Sequence record: SRR20825006_189
Length of the DNA stretch: 64,000 nucleotides
Direction: 5' to 3' (one strand)
A program made the position numbers and the translations under genes. This document shows, in pieces, positions 9,217 to 20,995 of this stretch. The notes under the pieces are model-generated. The model was not told the DNA's origin and ran no database searches. It worked only from the letters and a program-made list of their open reading frames with translations. The stretch's first letter is position 1. Every line of letters starts with the position of its first letter.

Positions 9217-9884
9217 ATCGTTGAACGATGCTCGTCTTCTGATCGCTCGGAAAGACTGTCGACGTGCGCTTTGATAATAGGAATAACCTCCTCGGGCGTA
9301 TCAACAACGCGGAACAGGAAGATATCGTCCGGGTCGATACAGCCCTGGCCCACCATCTGGTCTTTGAGCCAGTCTATTAATCCCTGCCAGAATGATGAAC
9401 CATAGAGAATGACCGGGAAGTGACGGATTTTCTGGGTCTGCATCAGGGTGAGGGCTTCGAAGAATTCGTCCAGCGTACCGAAACCGCCGGGGAAGACGAC
9501 GTAACCAATCGAGTATTTAACGAACATCAGTTTGCGAACAAAGAAGTAGCGGAAACTGAGTCGGGTATCCTGGTTGGGGTTGGCGATTTGCTCGTGAGGC
9601 AGCTCAATATTGAGACCGACAGAGCGACTGCCCTGGTTCAAAGCCCCTTCGTTAGCCGCGCCCATGATGCCAGGGCCGCCGCCGGTAATGACTGAAATGC
9701 CAGCCTGTGAGAGGCTGCGTGCCACGCTTCGCGCATCATCATAAAAGGGAGAGTCTTCGGTTAGTCGCGCACTGCCGAAGATGGAAACGGCCGGACCCAG
9801 TTCATTGAGCGTTTCGATACCATCTATCAATTCTGCCTGGATACGAAATACCCGCCAGGCTTCCGAGGTTTTCAGATCTTCCAT
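9213..9884 (-). CDS. LOG-family (TIGR00730-type) nucleotide phosphoribohydrolase
   Basis: FGSAR, ITGGGPGIM, FRYFFVRK, PGGFGTLDE. Start placed at MEDLKTS; the ORF is open to 9968. Confidence 0.9.
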   Translation of the reverse strand: MEDLKTSEAWRVFRIQAELIDGIETLNELGPAVSIFGSARLTEDSPFYDDARSVARSLSQAGISVITGGGPGIMGAANEGALNQGSRSVGLNIELPHEQIANPNQDTRLSFRYFFVRKLMFVKYSIGYVVFPGGFGTLDEFFEALTLMQTQKIRHFPVILYGSSFWQGLIDWLKDQMVGQGCIDPDDIFLFRVVDTPEEVIPIIKAHVDSLSERSEDEHRSTI

Positions 9885-10048
9885 GCTTTCGATCCTTTTT
9901 GTCTCCGGCTTTCCAACTTCAAGATAATTAAAAGCAGCAGGCTTTGCAATTACGCTTTGCTGGTACATAAAGCGATCAGCTTTTGTTTAGAAATCAGGCT
10001 ATCTACGGTATTATTATCGCCTTTTCAGCATCCATTTTCGGCGAATCT

Positions 10049-11338
10049 ATGAAAGTTCTTGTTATCGGCAACGGCGGGCGCGAACACGCACTGGCCTGGA
10101 AACTCAGTCAATCTCCAAAACAACCGGAAGTCTATGTCGCACCCGGTAACCCCGGCACCGCCAATGAGCCCGGTATCAGCAATGTCGATATCAAGGCGGA
10201 AGATATTGATGGCCTGGTGGCTTTTGCCAAAGACAATGCCATCGACCTGACCGTGGTCGGGCCGGAAGTGCCTTTGGTCATGGGTGTTGTTGATGCCTTC
10301 AAGGATGCCGGTCTGCGTTGCTTCGGCCCCAGCAAGGCAGCGGCTGAACTCGAAGCATCGAAAAGCTTCACCAAAGACTTTCTCGCCCGTCATCAGATTC
10401 CCACGGCAGCCTATAAAGTGTTTACCGATGTCGAGCAGGCCAAAGACTATATCCGTGCTGAAGGTGCGCCGATAGTCGTTAAGGCTGATGGCCTGGCGGC
10501 AGGTAAGGGTGTGATTGTCGCTCAGACCGAAGCCGAAGCCATCGAAGCGGTTGAAGATATGTTGTCGGGGAATAAATTCGGCGATGCGGGCCATCGGGTG
10601 GTGATTGAAGAATTTATGACCGGCGAAGAAGCCAGCTTTATTGTCATGGTCGATGGCGAACATATTCTGCCACTGGCGACATCACAGGATCACAAAGCCC
10701 GTGATAATGGCGATAAAGGCCCTAACACCGGTGGCATGGGAGCGTATTCGCCGGCACCGGTGGTGACTGATGCGGTCTATCAGCGGATCATGGATGAAGT
10801 CATTGAGCCGACGGTGAAAGGGATGGCGGCAGATGGCCGTCCTTATGTTGGCTTCCTCTATGCGGGTCTGATGATCGATGACAATGGCGCACCGAAAGTC
10901 GTGGAATACAACTGCCGCTTTGGTGATCCGGAAACGCAGCCGATTCTGCTGCGTCTGCGCTCGGACCTGGTTGAATTATGTGAAGCCGCGCTGGATGCTC
11001 GTTTGAGCGAAGTGGATGCTCACTGGGACCCGCGTGCGGCAGTCGGTGTCGTCATGGCGGCAGGTGGTTACCCCGATGTCTACCGCAAGGGGGATGTGAT
11101 TTCCGGTATCGACAAAGCAGAAACCAAGGGCAGCAAGGTGTTTCATGCCGGTACCGCCAGCCACGGTGATGAGATAGTGACTGCCGGTGGTCGGGTGCTG
11201 TGTGTAACGGCATTGGGCGAGACGGTCGCTGAGGCTAAAGCCGCGGCCTACGAGTCACTGAAAGAAATCAGCTGGAACGATGCTTACTACAGAACCGATA
11301 TTGCTTATCGTGCTGTAGCCCGCGAAAAGATGTCATAG
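10049..11338 (+). CDS. purD: Phosphoribosylamine-glycine ligase
   Basis: MKVLVIGNGGREHAL, KADGLAAGKGV, GPNTGGMGAY, EYNCRFGDPE. Confidence 0.98.
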   Translation: MKVLVIGNGGREHALAWKLSQSPKQPEVYVAPGNPGTANEPGISNVDIKAEDIDGLVAFAKDNAIDLTVVGPEVPLVMGVVDAFKDAGLRCFGPSKAAAELEASKSFTKDFLARHQIPTAAYKVFTDVEQAKDYIRAEGAPIVVKADGLAAGKGVIVAQTEAEAIEAVEDMLSGNKFGDAGHRVVIEEFMTGEEASFIVMVDGEHILPLATSQDHKARDNGDKGPNTGGMGAYSPAPVVTDAVYQRIMDEVIEPTVKGMAADGRPYVGFLYAGLMIDDNGAPKVVEYNCRFGDPETQPILLRLRSDLVELCEAALDARLSEVDAHWDPRAAVGVVMAAGGYPDVYRKGDVISGIDKAETKGSKVFHAGTASHGDEIVTAGGRVLCVTALGETVAEAKAAAYESLKEISWNDAYYRTDIAYRAVAREKMS

Positions 11339-11376
11339 CCACATAAAGGCTTGCAGTCGGCTGTTCTGATTGGGAC

Positions 11377-11406
11377 GGGATTGCTTCGCTGGCGCTCGCA
11401 AAGACG
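11377..11406. repeat. Single REP-like palindromic unit (GGATTGCTTCG...CTCGCAAAGACG)
   Basis: Resembles, from memory, the widespread GATTGCTTCG..TCGCAATGAC intergenic repeat family; only one copy seen here. Confidence 0.4.
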
Positions 11407-11552
11407 ATTTTGGAGAGTGCTGCTACCGCGTTATTCGGTGACTAGGCGAATCCTGTGCGGAACTGGCTTTTTATGAAAAACCGGGATCAGTCTGAACTGA
11501 TGAACAATGTCATTTACAATACCGCTTTGGCGGTATTTTTGTGGACACAGCA

Positions 11553-13015
<1,463 letters not shown>

Positions 13016-13022
13016 AATGATG

Positions 13023-13058
13023 GGCAGTGCCTGATTATGGTTTTGGTCAGGCACTGCC
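13023..13058. terminator. Strong hairpin between convergent hemF and the CBS gene
   Basis: 12-bp perfect inverted repeat GGCAGTGCCTGA / TCAGGCACTGCC; no clear U-tract. Confidence 0.65.
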
Positions 13059-13071
13059 GATTCATACTGAT

Positions 13072-13683
13072 TTAGATATCCACAACATTAAACTGTTCTA
13101 AAGGACTGAATGGACGATCCATTCCATGGACTGCCTTGAAGATATCAACAAAAGTCGTTGGTGTAGCAATTTCCACCGGTATGTGGAGTCGTCTTGCGAT
13201 GTCTGATGCGGAAATAATGCCACGTATTTGATGTTGCTCCTTATCAACAACCAAACAATGTAATGTGCCATTTTTTTGCAATGTATCAAGCACATCGCCA
13301 ATAGTGGCGGTAATAAGCTGCTGATAATCAACCGCTTTTTGTTGAGAGCGGGGAATCATCAAATCACGAACATTGATAGCTTCACGATCGATGCCTTGAT
13401 TCTGCAATATCTGAATATGCTGACCATTGAGTTCCTGCAAACTGATGGTGCCAATCAACTCATTGTTTTCATCAACAACTAATTTTAGCCGGACATGGGC
13501 TTTTTTCATCAGGTAATCAGCTTGTGTTGCCGGTGTATCGGCATCGATGACCAAAGGTAAGTGCTGTTTAAAGTCGGTAAAAATAGTCAGTGCCGGGGAG
13601 TCGGTATTAATTTCGTTAAAATCTTCCGGTTGAATTAGGTGTTCGACATTATCTAATGACATTAAATGTATTTTTTTCATCAT
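13072..13683 (-). CDS. Stand-alone tandem CBS-domain protein
   Basis: HVRLKLVVDENNELIGTIS and HCLVVDKEQHQIRGIISASDI CBS-like repeats. SD GGAG (13690-13687) precedes ATG 13683. Confidence 0.85.
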   Translation of the reverse strand: MMKKIHLMSLDNVEHLIQPEDFNEINTDSPALTIFTDFKQHLPLVIDADTPATQADYLMKKAHVRLKLVVDENNELIGTISLQELNGQHIQILQNQGIDREAINVRDLMIPRSQQKAVDYQQLITATIGDVLDTLQKNGTLHCLVVDKEQHQIRGIISASDIARRLHIPVEIATPTTFVDIFKAVHGMDRPFSPLEQFNVVDI

Positions 13684-13732
13684 AAGCTCCTGAAAGCTAT
13701 TCGCGATAAGAGATAACTTGTGATTAGGCAAG

Positions 13733-14062
13733 TTAAATACGGGGGGGCGTTAGGCAGGAATCAATGATGAAATTGGGGGGGGCTCTAATCGCGACAAGGC
13801 GATAGTGTTGAAAAGGCGCTAAAAGGGGGCGGCATACAGGAGCGCTCACCCAGTAGAAATTCGGTTCAGGGGTCTCCGGAACGGGAGGGATAATATAATT
13901 ATCGCCATCGAATGTATCCGTTAAATCAGGCCGGAAAGAAGTGGCCTCTCGTTCGATGTTGTCTCTTACTGGAAGTTGTGTCTCAGCAGAGGTGACATCA
14001 AAACTAGCTAACAGAACAACTAGACAGAGAATGCGTGAAATAGTCGTTTTCGATCCCTCCAC
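13733..14062 (-). CDS. Small secreted/leader protein with C-proximal RAPP motif (candidate ribosome-arrest peptide)
   Basis: Hydrophobic signal-like segment ILCLVVLLASFDVTSA, Pro-rich linker, ...LVAIRAPP (RAPP codons 13786-13775). GTG start uncertain. Confidence 0.6.
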   Translation of the reverse strand: MEGSKTTISRILCLVVLLASFDVTSAETQLPVRDNIEREATSFRPDLTDTFDGDNYIIPPVPETPEPNFYWVSAPVCRPLLAPFQHYRLVAIRAPPNFIIDSCLTPPRI

Positions 14063-14121
14063 TCGGGGTTAAAACCTACTTCAAGTGAGATAGTGATCTG
14101 ATTAAACGTCGACCCAGTGAT

Positions 14122-14146
14122 GAAAATCGGCTATCAACCGTAGCCG
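14122..14146 (-). terminator. Hairpin/weak terminator right after prfA
   Basis: CGGCTA-CGGTTGA-TAGCCG followed by ATTTTC on the minus strand. Confidence 0.45.
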
Positions 14147-14147
14147 G

Positions 14148-15236
14148 TTAGTTTTCCCCCGACAGTAATGCCAGCTGATCAGCCTGATATTCGTTGATTA
14201 ACGGTTCGATCACCTGATCCAGGTCACCCTCAACAATCTCACTCAGTTTATATAGTGTCAGATTGATGCGGTGATCGGAAATACGACCTTGGGGGTAGTT
14301 GTAGGTTCGAATACGTTCACTGCGGTCGCCGCTGCCGACCAGGGATTTACGGGTCTGCGCCTGTTCGGCTTCCTGCTTCTGCACCTGCTCGGCCATAATG
14401 CGTGATTGTAATACGGACATTGCTTTGGCGCGGTTCTTATGCTGCGAGCGCTCTTCCTGACACTCAACTACGATGCCGGTGGGGATATGCGTGATGCGGA
14501 TGGCGGAGTCGGTTTTATTAACGTGTTGACCACCGGCACCGGATGCGCGGAAAGTATCAACACGAATATCGGCCGGATTGATATCAACTTCGTCGATCTC
14601 GTCGACTTCTGGCAGGATCGCAACGGTACAGGCGGAAGTATGGATCCGGCCCTGAGACTCGGTTTCCGGTACCCGCTGCACCCGATGCGCACCGGATTCG
14701 AACTTCAGTCGTGAATAAGCACCTTCACCGACAATACGGCAGATAATTTCCTTGTAACCGCCGTGTTCGCCTTCCTGAGCATTGATGACTTCCACTTTCC
14801 AGCGGCGCAATTCGGCGTAGCGGCTGTACATCCGGAACAGATCACCAGAGAAAATGGCGGCTTCGTCACCACCGGTACCGGCGCGGATTTCCAGATAGAT
14901 ATTGCGCTGGTCATTCGGATCTTTCGGCAGCAGGAGTTTTTGCAGTGTCAGTTCCAATTCGTCCAGTTTATCTTCTGCCTGTGCCAGCTCCTCTTTGGCC
15001 ATCTCACGCATTTCTGCATCATTTTCTTCCAGCATCAGACGGGCATCATCAATATCGGATAATGTGCCGCGATAAGCATTGAAATTGCTGACAACGGGTT
15101 CTAACTGTGCGTATTCCTGCGATAAACTGCGAAACTTGTTCTGATTCGCCATAGTCTCGGGTTCAGCCAGCAGGCCGGCGATTTCCTCATGACGATCGAC
15201 AAGGGATTCCAGTTTCTGCTTGATCGAGTCTTTCAC
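14148..15236 (-). CDS. prfA: Peptide chain release factor 1
   Basis: GGQ motif (GAGGQHVN), PET tripeptide in [12 protein letters not shown], follows hemA. Confidence 0.98.
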   Translation of the reverse strand: MKDSIKQKLESLVDRHEEIAGLLAEPETMANQNKFRSLSQEYAQLEPVVSNFNAYRGTLSDIDDARLMLEENDAEMREMAKEELAQAEDKLDELELTLQKLLLPKDPNDQRNIYLEIRAGTGGDEAAIFSGDLFRMYSRYAELRRWKVEVINAQEGEHGGYKEIICRIVGEGAYSRLKFESGAHRVQRVPETESQGRIHTSACTVAILPEVDEIDEVDINPADIRVDTFRASGAGGQHVNKTDSAIRITHIPTGIVVECQEERSQHKNRAKAMSVLQSRIMAEQVQKQEAEQAQTRKSLVGSGDRSERIRTYNYPQGRISDHRINLTLYKLSEIVEGDLDQVIEPLINEYQADQLALLSGEN

Positions 15237-16492
15237 TTTTTATCCTTGATATTAAACAGACGCCGTGCTGAGTCCAGCAGCTGGCCGTCTTCATCAAAAC
15301 CGGACAGGCGCAACTGTCGGCTGGGTTCGTGCAGTATACGGTTGGTCAGACTGCGGGCCAGTTCGGTCATCACCTGTTCCGGAGACAAACCTTGATCCAG
15401 CTGTCTTAACGCTTTTTCAAGTGAATGCTTACTTATCTCTTCTGCACCGTCACGTATGGCACGAATTACGGGGACGGCGTCCTGAGTACGCAGCCAGGCA
15501 AGGAAGTGCTCAACCTGGCTGTCAATGATTTCTTCGGCCTGCAAAGCCGCATCACGCCGTGACTGTAGATTTTCTTCAATGATGTCTCGAAGATCATCCA
15601 CACAATAAAGATAAATATCTTCAAGTTGGCCGACTTCGGCTTCGATATCCCGGGGAACGGCGATATCAACCATAAAAATGGGCTTGCGTTTGCGTTGTTT
15701 CAGCGCCCGTTCCACCGCACCTTTGCCCAGAATGGGTAACTGGCTGGCGGTGGAACTGATCACAATATCGGCTTCGGCAAGGTGAGCCGGCAATTCACTC
15801 AGGCTGATAGCGTAACCATCAACCTGAACCGCCAGGTTGTGCGCCCGTTCTACTGTGCGGTTGGCAATAATGAGCCGTTGGATACCGTTATCGTGCAGGT
15901 GACGGGCGGCGAGTTCAATCGTATCGCCGGCACCAATCAGCAGTGCGGTCGATTCGGCCAGATCGCTGAAGATCTGCCTGGCCAGACTGACTGCGGCGAA
16001 GGCCACCGAAACCGGGCTGTTGCCAATGGCTGTATCGGTGCGCACCTGTTTGGCGACGGCAAAAGCATGCTGGAACAGTCGACCCAGAGACTTGCCCAGG
16101 GTTTTGGCGTTGAGAGACTGGCTGTAGGCGTCTTTGAGTTGCCCCAGAATCTGAGGTTCGCCCAGTACCATTGAGTCGAGTCCGCAGGCCACCCGTAAAA
16201 GATGACGAATCGCGCCATCCCCCTGGTAATGGTAGAGATAGGGCGTGATGGTTTCACTATCCAGCTGATGGAAATCATGCAACCAAGCCAGGATCTCATT
16301 GTCTGAATCGACATCGAGGCAGCAGTAGATTTCTGTCCGATTGCAGGTCGACAAAATCACGACTTCCAGCACAGACTCCTGGTCGTGCAGAGCGGACAAT
16401 GCGCTGGGTAATACACTCGCATCAAAAGCAAACAGCTCGCGGATATGCACGGGTGCTGTGTTGTGGTTGATGCCGTAGGTAACAAGATGCAT
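15233..16492 (-). CDS. hemA: Glutamyl-tRNA reductase
   Basis: [33 protein letters not shown]. Confidence 0.98.
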   Translation of the reverse strand: MHLVTYGINHNTAPVHIRELFAFDASVLPSALSALHDQESVLEVVILSTCNRTEIYCCLDVDSDNEILAWLHDFHQLDSETITPYLYHYQGDGAIRHLLRVACGLDSMVLGEPQILGQLKDAYSQSLNAKTLGKSLGRLFQHAFAVAKQVRTDTAIGNSPVSVAFAAVSLARQIFSDLAESTALLIGAGDTIELAARHLHDNGIQRLIIANRTVERAHNLAVQVDGYAISLSELPAHLAEADIVISSTASQLPILGKGAVERALKQRKRKPIFMVDIAVPRDIEAEVGQLEDIYLYCVDDLRDIIEENLQSRRDAALQAEEIIDSQVEHFLAWLRTQDAVPVIRAIRDGAEEISKHSLEKALRQLDQGLSPEQVMTELARSLTNRILHEPSRQLRLSGFDEDGQLLDSARRLFNIKDKK

Positions 16493-16608
16493 ATTGGGAA
16501 AAAGTCGTAATTAAATGCTGGTAAACTCTACAGCCGTTATAGCAATCGTTTTTATTGGACAAATCAATACGCCATTCTATCAAAATCAAACGGGCAGGTC
16601 GTTTTAAT

Positions 16609-18399
16609 ATGGATTTGATGCAATCTTTCTTTCGAAGCGCCGGGCAGCGACTCAAACATGCCGGTCTGATCGGCATGCCTCTGTTTCTGCTTGCCTGTGC
16701 CTCGACCCCCGCACAACAGGCCGGAGCGCCGGATGCCGGGCCTGCTGAAAACAAGATGGAAACAGCGGCCTCCGTAACCGACAAGAAACCCGAGCAGTCC
16801 AAGCAATACCTGCCTTTATCGCCGGAATTGATGTACTACATCCTCTCCGCCGAAGTGGCCGGTCAGCGCGGTCAGGTGGGCATCGCTGTCGATCTGTATC
16901 AGCGCGCGGCGGACATGGTCGAGTCACCGGCCCTGGCGAGTCGGAGTGCTCAGGTTGCGACCTTGTCGCGGGACCAGCAGCGGATTAATGATGCGCTGGA
17001 ACGCTGGATTGAAGTCGACCCTAATGATGCGGATGTATACATCATGCAGGCGCCCTTCCTGATGCTGAAGGACAACTATCAGGGTGCGGTAAATGCCATC
17101 AACAAAGCCCTCGAATTGGCACCGGACAAAAAGAAAACTTATCTGATCCGTGTCTCCGAAAACCTGGCCGAAGTGGCCGAGCCGGATGAAGCGCTGAATA
17201 TGCTCAAGCAGCTCGACAGCTATCAACAGAATGATCCAGCTGCGCGCTTTGCCTATGCCCGTATGGCGTTTTTTTACAAACGCTACGAAGAAACCTTGAA
17301 CAAGCTTGAGCCTTTACTGGATGCGGATCCGGCTAATGAAGATTATCTGGTGCTCAAAGCCGACACCCTGCAGCGCATGGGACGTTCGGAACAAGCCCTG
17401 AAGCTGATTGCCAAGGCTGCCAAAAAGGATGATGCCAGTCAGGATCTGCGATTTACCTACGGTAAACTGCTGGGCGAGAATGGCGAAACCGAACAGGCGC
17501 ACACGGTTTTTGAAACTATTCTGGCCGATGACCCGGATAACCGTGATGCCCTGTTTGCACTCGGTCTCCTGGCACTGGAAGACAAAGATGGTCAGCTTGC
17601 CAAATCCTATTTCAGTGAATTGCTTAAACTCGGTGATCCGACTTATCAGGCGTCCTACTTTATGGGCCTGGCTGAGGAAATGAACGGGAATATTGATGCC
17701 GCTCTGGTCTGGTTTGCTTCAGTGCCGGTACAAAGTAACCGTTTCGATATCGCTCAGAGCAATTACATCAACCTGCTGGTTGAACGTGGCGAGCTCGCCA
17801 AAGCTCGCGTGCATCTGGCACAACTAAGAGAAGAGTTGCCTCAGCAAGCGCTGCAATATTATCTGTTCGAAGCCAGCCTGCTGCGTGAGCAGGGGCAAAG
17901 CCAGGCAGCTTTCGATTTATTGTCAAAGGCATTGAAACAGTACCCTCAAAGTGAAGATTTACGCTACAGCCGTGCCATGATTGCTGAGTCATTGGACAAG
18001 CTGGACGTGCTTGAATCGGATTTGCGCTGGATTCTGGAGCGTGACCCGAATAATGCCCAGGCCTTAAACGCCCTGGGCTACACCCTGACGGACCGCACTG
18101 ACCGACATCAGGAAGCACTGGATATGATCAGCCGGGCGCTGGAACTGAAACCGGGTGATCCGTTCTACCTCGACAGTCTGGGCTGGGTTTATTACCGCCT
18201 GGGCGAACTGGAAAAGGCGGAACAATACCTGCGTGAAGCCATGAACGTGCAACCCGATGTCGAGTTTATCGCACATCTGGGCGAAGTATTGTGGGAACGC
18301 GGCAAAAAACAGGAAGCCAAAGCAATCTGGCAGAAAGGTCTGGAAAAAGATGCAGATAATCAATTGCTGTTGGACACCATGCGCAGGTTCGGCCTATGA
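16609..18399 (+). CDS. TPR-repeat lipoprotein upstream of lolB
   Basis: Lipobox-like LLAC, TPR repeats, NALGY/DSLGW motifs; conserved position divergent from hemA. Confidence 0.88.
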   Translation: MDLMQSFFRSAGQRLKHAGLIGMPLFLLACASTPAQQAGAPDAGPAENKMETAASVTDKKPEQSKQYLPLSPELMYYILSAEVAGQRGQVGIAVDLYQRAADMVESPALASRSAQVATLSRDQQRINDALERWIEVDPNDADVYIMQAPFLMLKDNYQGAVNAINKALELAPDKKKTYLIRVSENLAEVAEPDEALNMLKQLDSYQQNDPAARFAYARMAFFYKRYEETLNKLEPLLDADPANEDYLVLKADTLQRMGRSEQALKLIAKAAKKDDASQDLRFTYGKLLGENGETEQAHTVFETILADDPDNRDALFALGLLALEDKDGQLAKSYFSELLKLGDPTYQASYFMGLAEEMNGNIDAALVWFASVPVQSNRFDIAQSNYINLLVERGELAKARVHLAQLREELPQQALQYYLFEASLLREQGQSQAAFDLLSKALKQYPQSEDLRYSRAMIAESLDKLDVLESDLRWILERDPNNAQALNALGYTLTDRTDRHQEALDMISRALELKPGDPFYLDSLGWVYYRLGELEKAEQYLREAMNVQPDVEFIAHLGEVLWERGKKQEAKAIWQKGLEKDADNQLLLDTMRRFGL

Positions 18400-18995
18400 G
18401 ACAACTGCTCAGTCTGACATTGATTCTGATGTTGACTGGCTGTGCCCAGCTCTGGCAATCCAAGCCGGCTGGGGATCCTGAACAGTTATGGCAGCAACGT
18501 CAGATGCAACAGGCAGACCTGAATGCGTGGGCCTTTAAAGGCCGCACAGCAATTGTTCAGGGTCGTGAAGGCTGGAATGCCGGCATACACTGGCAGGAAC
18601 GGGGACAGCAGTTCCAGATCAAGTTATCCGGGCCGTTTTCGCAGGGTGGCGTCGTACTGGACGGCAATGCTGAAACCGTGACTTTGACTCTGGATGATGG
18701 TGAAACTGTGTCTGCAGCAACACCGGAACAGCTGCTGGCGGAAGCGATGGGCTGGTTATTACCGGTCAGTGCACTGCGTGACTGGGTTCGTGGTGTGCCC
18801 TATTCCAAATTGCCGGTTGACAGTAAACAGCTGGATGCCCAGGGGCGTTTGACCAAACTGGAGCAGGCCGGCTGGCAAATTGAGTTTCTGCGCTACATGC
18901 CGTTCAAAGGTACCTCGATGCCGGAAAAAGTATTTATGAAACATCCGGAGATGAGCATCCGCCTCATCGTGTCTGACTGGAGTATTCCCAAGTGA
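18396..18995 (+). CDS. lolB: Outer-membrane lipoprotein insertase
   Basis: Lipobox LTGC, GW.LPV..L..WV.G motif, position between the TPR gene and ispE. Confidence 0.9.
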   Translation: MRQLLSLTLILMLTGCAQLWQSKPAGDPEQLWQQRQMQQADLNAWAFKGRTAIVQGREGWNAGIHWQERGQQFQIKLSGPFSQGGVVLDGNAETVTLTLDDGETVSAATPEQLLAEAMGWLLPVSALRDWVRGVPYSKLPVDSKQLDAQGRLTKLEQAGWQIEFLRYMPFKGTSMPEKVFMKHPEMSIRLIVSDWSIPK

Positions 18996-19852
18996 TCCGC
19001 TGGCCGGCCCCGGCCAAGCTGAATTTGTTTCTGCACATCACCGGTCGCCGGGCAGACGGCTATCACGAACTGCAGACCGCATTTCAGTTTCTTGATTACG
19101 GTGATGAACTGCAGTTTGAAATCACCGACAATCCCGAAATCAAACTCAGTCAACCCGTCGCCGGTGTGGCGGATGAAGAGAATTTAATTGTGCGTGCTGC
19201 ACGTCTGCTCCAACAACACAGCAGCTGTGGCAAAGGCGCCATTATTCATGTCGACAAACGGTTGCCGATGGGCGGTGGTCTGGGCGGCGGCAGTTCCAAT
19301 GCCGCAACCACTTTAGTGGCGCTGAACTATCTCTGGCAATGTGCTGTCAGTGACTCTGAATTGGCGCAACTTGGGCTGGAACTGGGCGCAGATGTGCCGA
19401 TTTTTATTGCCGGGTTTGCGGCCTGGGCCGAAGGGGTGGGAGAGAAGCTGACGCCGATAAACCCCGAAGAATCTTGGTTTGTTGTGGTCAAGCCGGATTG
19501 TCATGTGTCTACCGCTGAAATATTTTCATCGATGGAATTGACACGGGACTGCGAACCCATCACAATATCGCGCTTCCTTTCAGGGGAAGGCAGCAATGTC
19601 TGCGAAGGGGTAGTAAAACAACGCTACCCGGCAGTTGCAAATGCGCTGAATTGGTTGGCACAATACGCCTCGCCAAGGATGACTGGAACAGGTGCTTGCA
19701 TATTCGCTGATTTTGATAATCAGCAGCAGGCCCGACAAGTAGTGGAAAACCTGCCCTCCAACTGGCAGGGTTTTGTGGCCAAAGGCAGTAACCGGTCGCC
19801 ACTCACTGCATTAGCGTCGACATTAAATGAGTCGAATGCGACTGCAAGATGA
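18992..19852 (+). CDS. ispE: 4-diphosphocytidyl-2-C-methyl-D-erythritol kinase
   Basis: [38 protein letters not shown]. Confidence 0.97.
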   Translation: MIRWPAPAKLNLFLHITGRRADGYHELQTAFQFLDYGDELQFEITDNPEIKLSQPVAGVADEENLIVRAARLLQQHSSCGKGAIIHVDKRLPMGGGLGGGSSNAATTLVALNYLWQCAVSDSELAQLGLELGADVPIFIAGFAAWAEGVGEKLTPINPEESWFVVVKPDCHVSTAEIFSSMELTRDCEPITISRFLSGEGSNVCEGVVKQRYPAVANALNWLAQYASPRMTGTGACIFADFDNQQQARQVVENLPSNWQGFVAKGSNRSPLTALASTLNESNATAR

Positions 19853-19871
19853 TAGAATGAGTTTTTACAGT

Positions 19872-19946
19872 TGGGGTATCGCCAAGCGGTAAGGCACTGG
19901 GTTTTGATCCCAGCATTCCCAGGTTCGAATCCTGGTACCCCAGCCA
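19872..19946 (+). tRNA. tRNA-Gln(TTG)
   Basis: TGGGGTATCGCCAAGCGGTAAGGC...CTGGG-TTTTGAT-CCCAG...GGTTCGAATCC...CCAGCCA; classic ispE-tRNA-Gln-prs position. Confidence 0.98.
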
Positions 19947-19985
19947 CTTTCTTTTGTTTTTTAACAGAAACTCGGCGCCACTACC

Positions 19986-20972
19986 GTGACACAAAACCGA
20001 CTTCTCCAGTTACAGCAACGCACTGCCGATACCCGCATGATGGTGTTTACCGGCAATGCCAACCGCAAACTGGCACAGAATATTGCTAACTTCCTTAGCA
20101 TCTCCATCGGCAAAGCCACCGTTGAAAAATTCAGCGATGGTGAAATCATGGTTGAGATTCTCGATAACGTCCGCGGTAAGGACGTGTTTATCGTGCAACC
20201 GACCTGCATGCCCACCAATGATAATCTGATGGAACTGATGGTCATGACCGACGCGATTCGTCGGGCATCGGCCAAACGCATCACGCTGGTTGTCCCTTAT
20301 TTCGGCTATTCACGTCAGGATCGTCGACCACGTTCCGCCCGGGTGGCGATTACCGCCAAAGTCGTGGCGAATATGCTGACCGGTGTCGGTGCTGACCGTG
20401 TGTTAACCGTCGATTTGCATGCTGATCAGATTCAGGGCTTTTTCGATTGCCCGGTCGACAATGTCTATGCTTCACCGGTGTTGCTGGGGGATATCTGGAA
20501 ACATAAATATCAGGATCTGGTGGTGGTCTCGCCAGACGTCGGCGGTGTGGTCCGGGCCCGGGCACTGGCGAAACATCTGGATGTGGAACTGGCGATCATC
20601 GATAAGCGTCGTCCGCGTGCCAATGAAGCCAAGGTGATGAACATCATCGGTGATGTGAATAACCGTGTCTGCGTCCTGATCGACGATATGGTCGATACCG
20701 CCGGCACCCTCTGTGCCGCTGCGGCAGCACTGAAAGAACATGGCGCCAAAAAAGTCGTCGCTTATTCGACCCATCCGGTCTTATCCGGCGCGGCGATTGA
20801 TAATATTTCCAACTCGGTTCTGGATGAAGTGGTGGTGACTGATACCATTCCATTGCAGCCCCATGCCGAGGCCTGTGAAAAAATTCGCGTGCTCAGCATT
20901 GCTGAAATGCTGGCCGAAGCGATGTACAGAATTAGTAACGAGGAGTCTGTCAGCTCCTTGTATATGGATTAG
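19986..20972 (+). CDS. prs: Ribose-phosphate pyrophosphokinase
   Basis: [37 protein letters not shown]. Start may be ATG 20037. Confidence 0.97.
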   Translation: MTQNRLLQLQQRTADTRMMVFTGNANRKLAQNIANFLSISIGKATVEKFSDGEIMVEILDNVRGKDVFIVQPTCMPTNDNLMELMVMTDAIRRASAKRITLVVPYFGYSRQDRRPRSARVAITAKVVANMLTGVGADRVLTVDLHADQIQGFFDCPVDNVYASPVLLGDIWKHKYQDLVVVSPDVGGVVRARALAKHLDVELAIIDKRRPRANEAKVMNIIGDVNNRVCVLIDDMVDTAGTLCAAAAALKEHGAKKVVAYSTHPVLSGAAIDNISNSVLDEVVVTDTIPLQPHAEACEKIRVLSIAEMLAEAMYRISNEESVSSLYMD

Positions 20973-20995
20973 TCGGTATAATAGCCGGCTTATTA

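Noticed and set aside
10025-10663. 212-aa antisense ORF within purD, and the similar 26802-27383 ORF within amtB
   Set aside because: Shadow ORFs opposite well-supported genes.
13741-13782. G7 and G8 homopolymers as phase-variation tracts
   Set aside because: Both simply encode Pro-Pro in the leader frame and are short; no evidence of slippage from a single sequence.
19720-20089. ORFs spanning tRNA-Gln
   Set aside because: Translation artefacts of the tRNA sequence.
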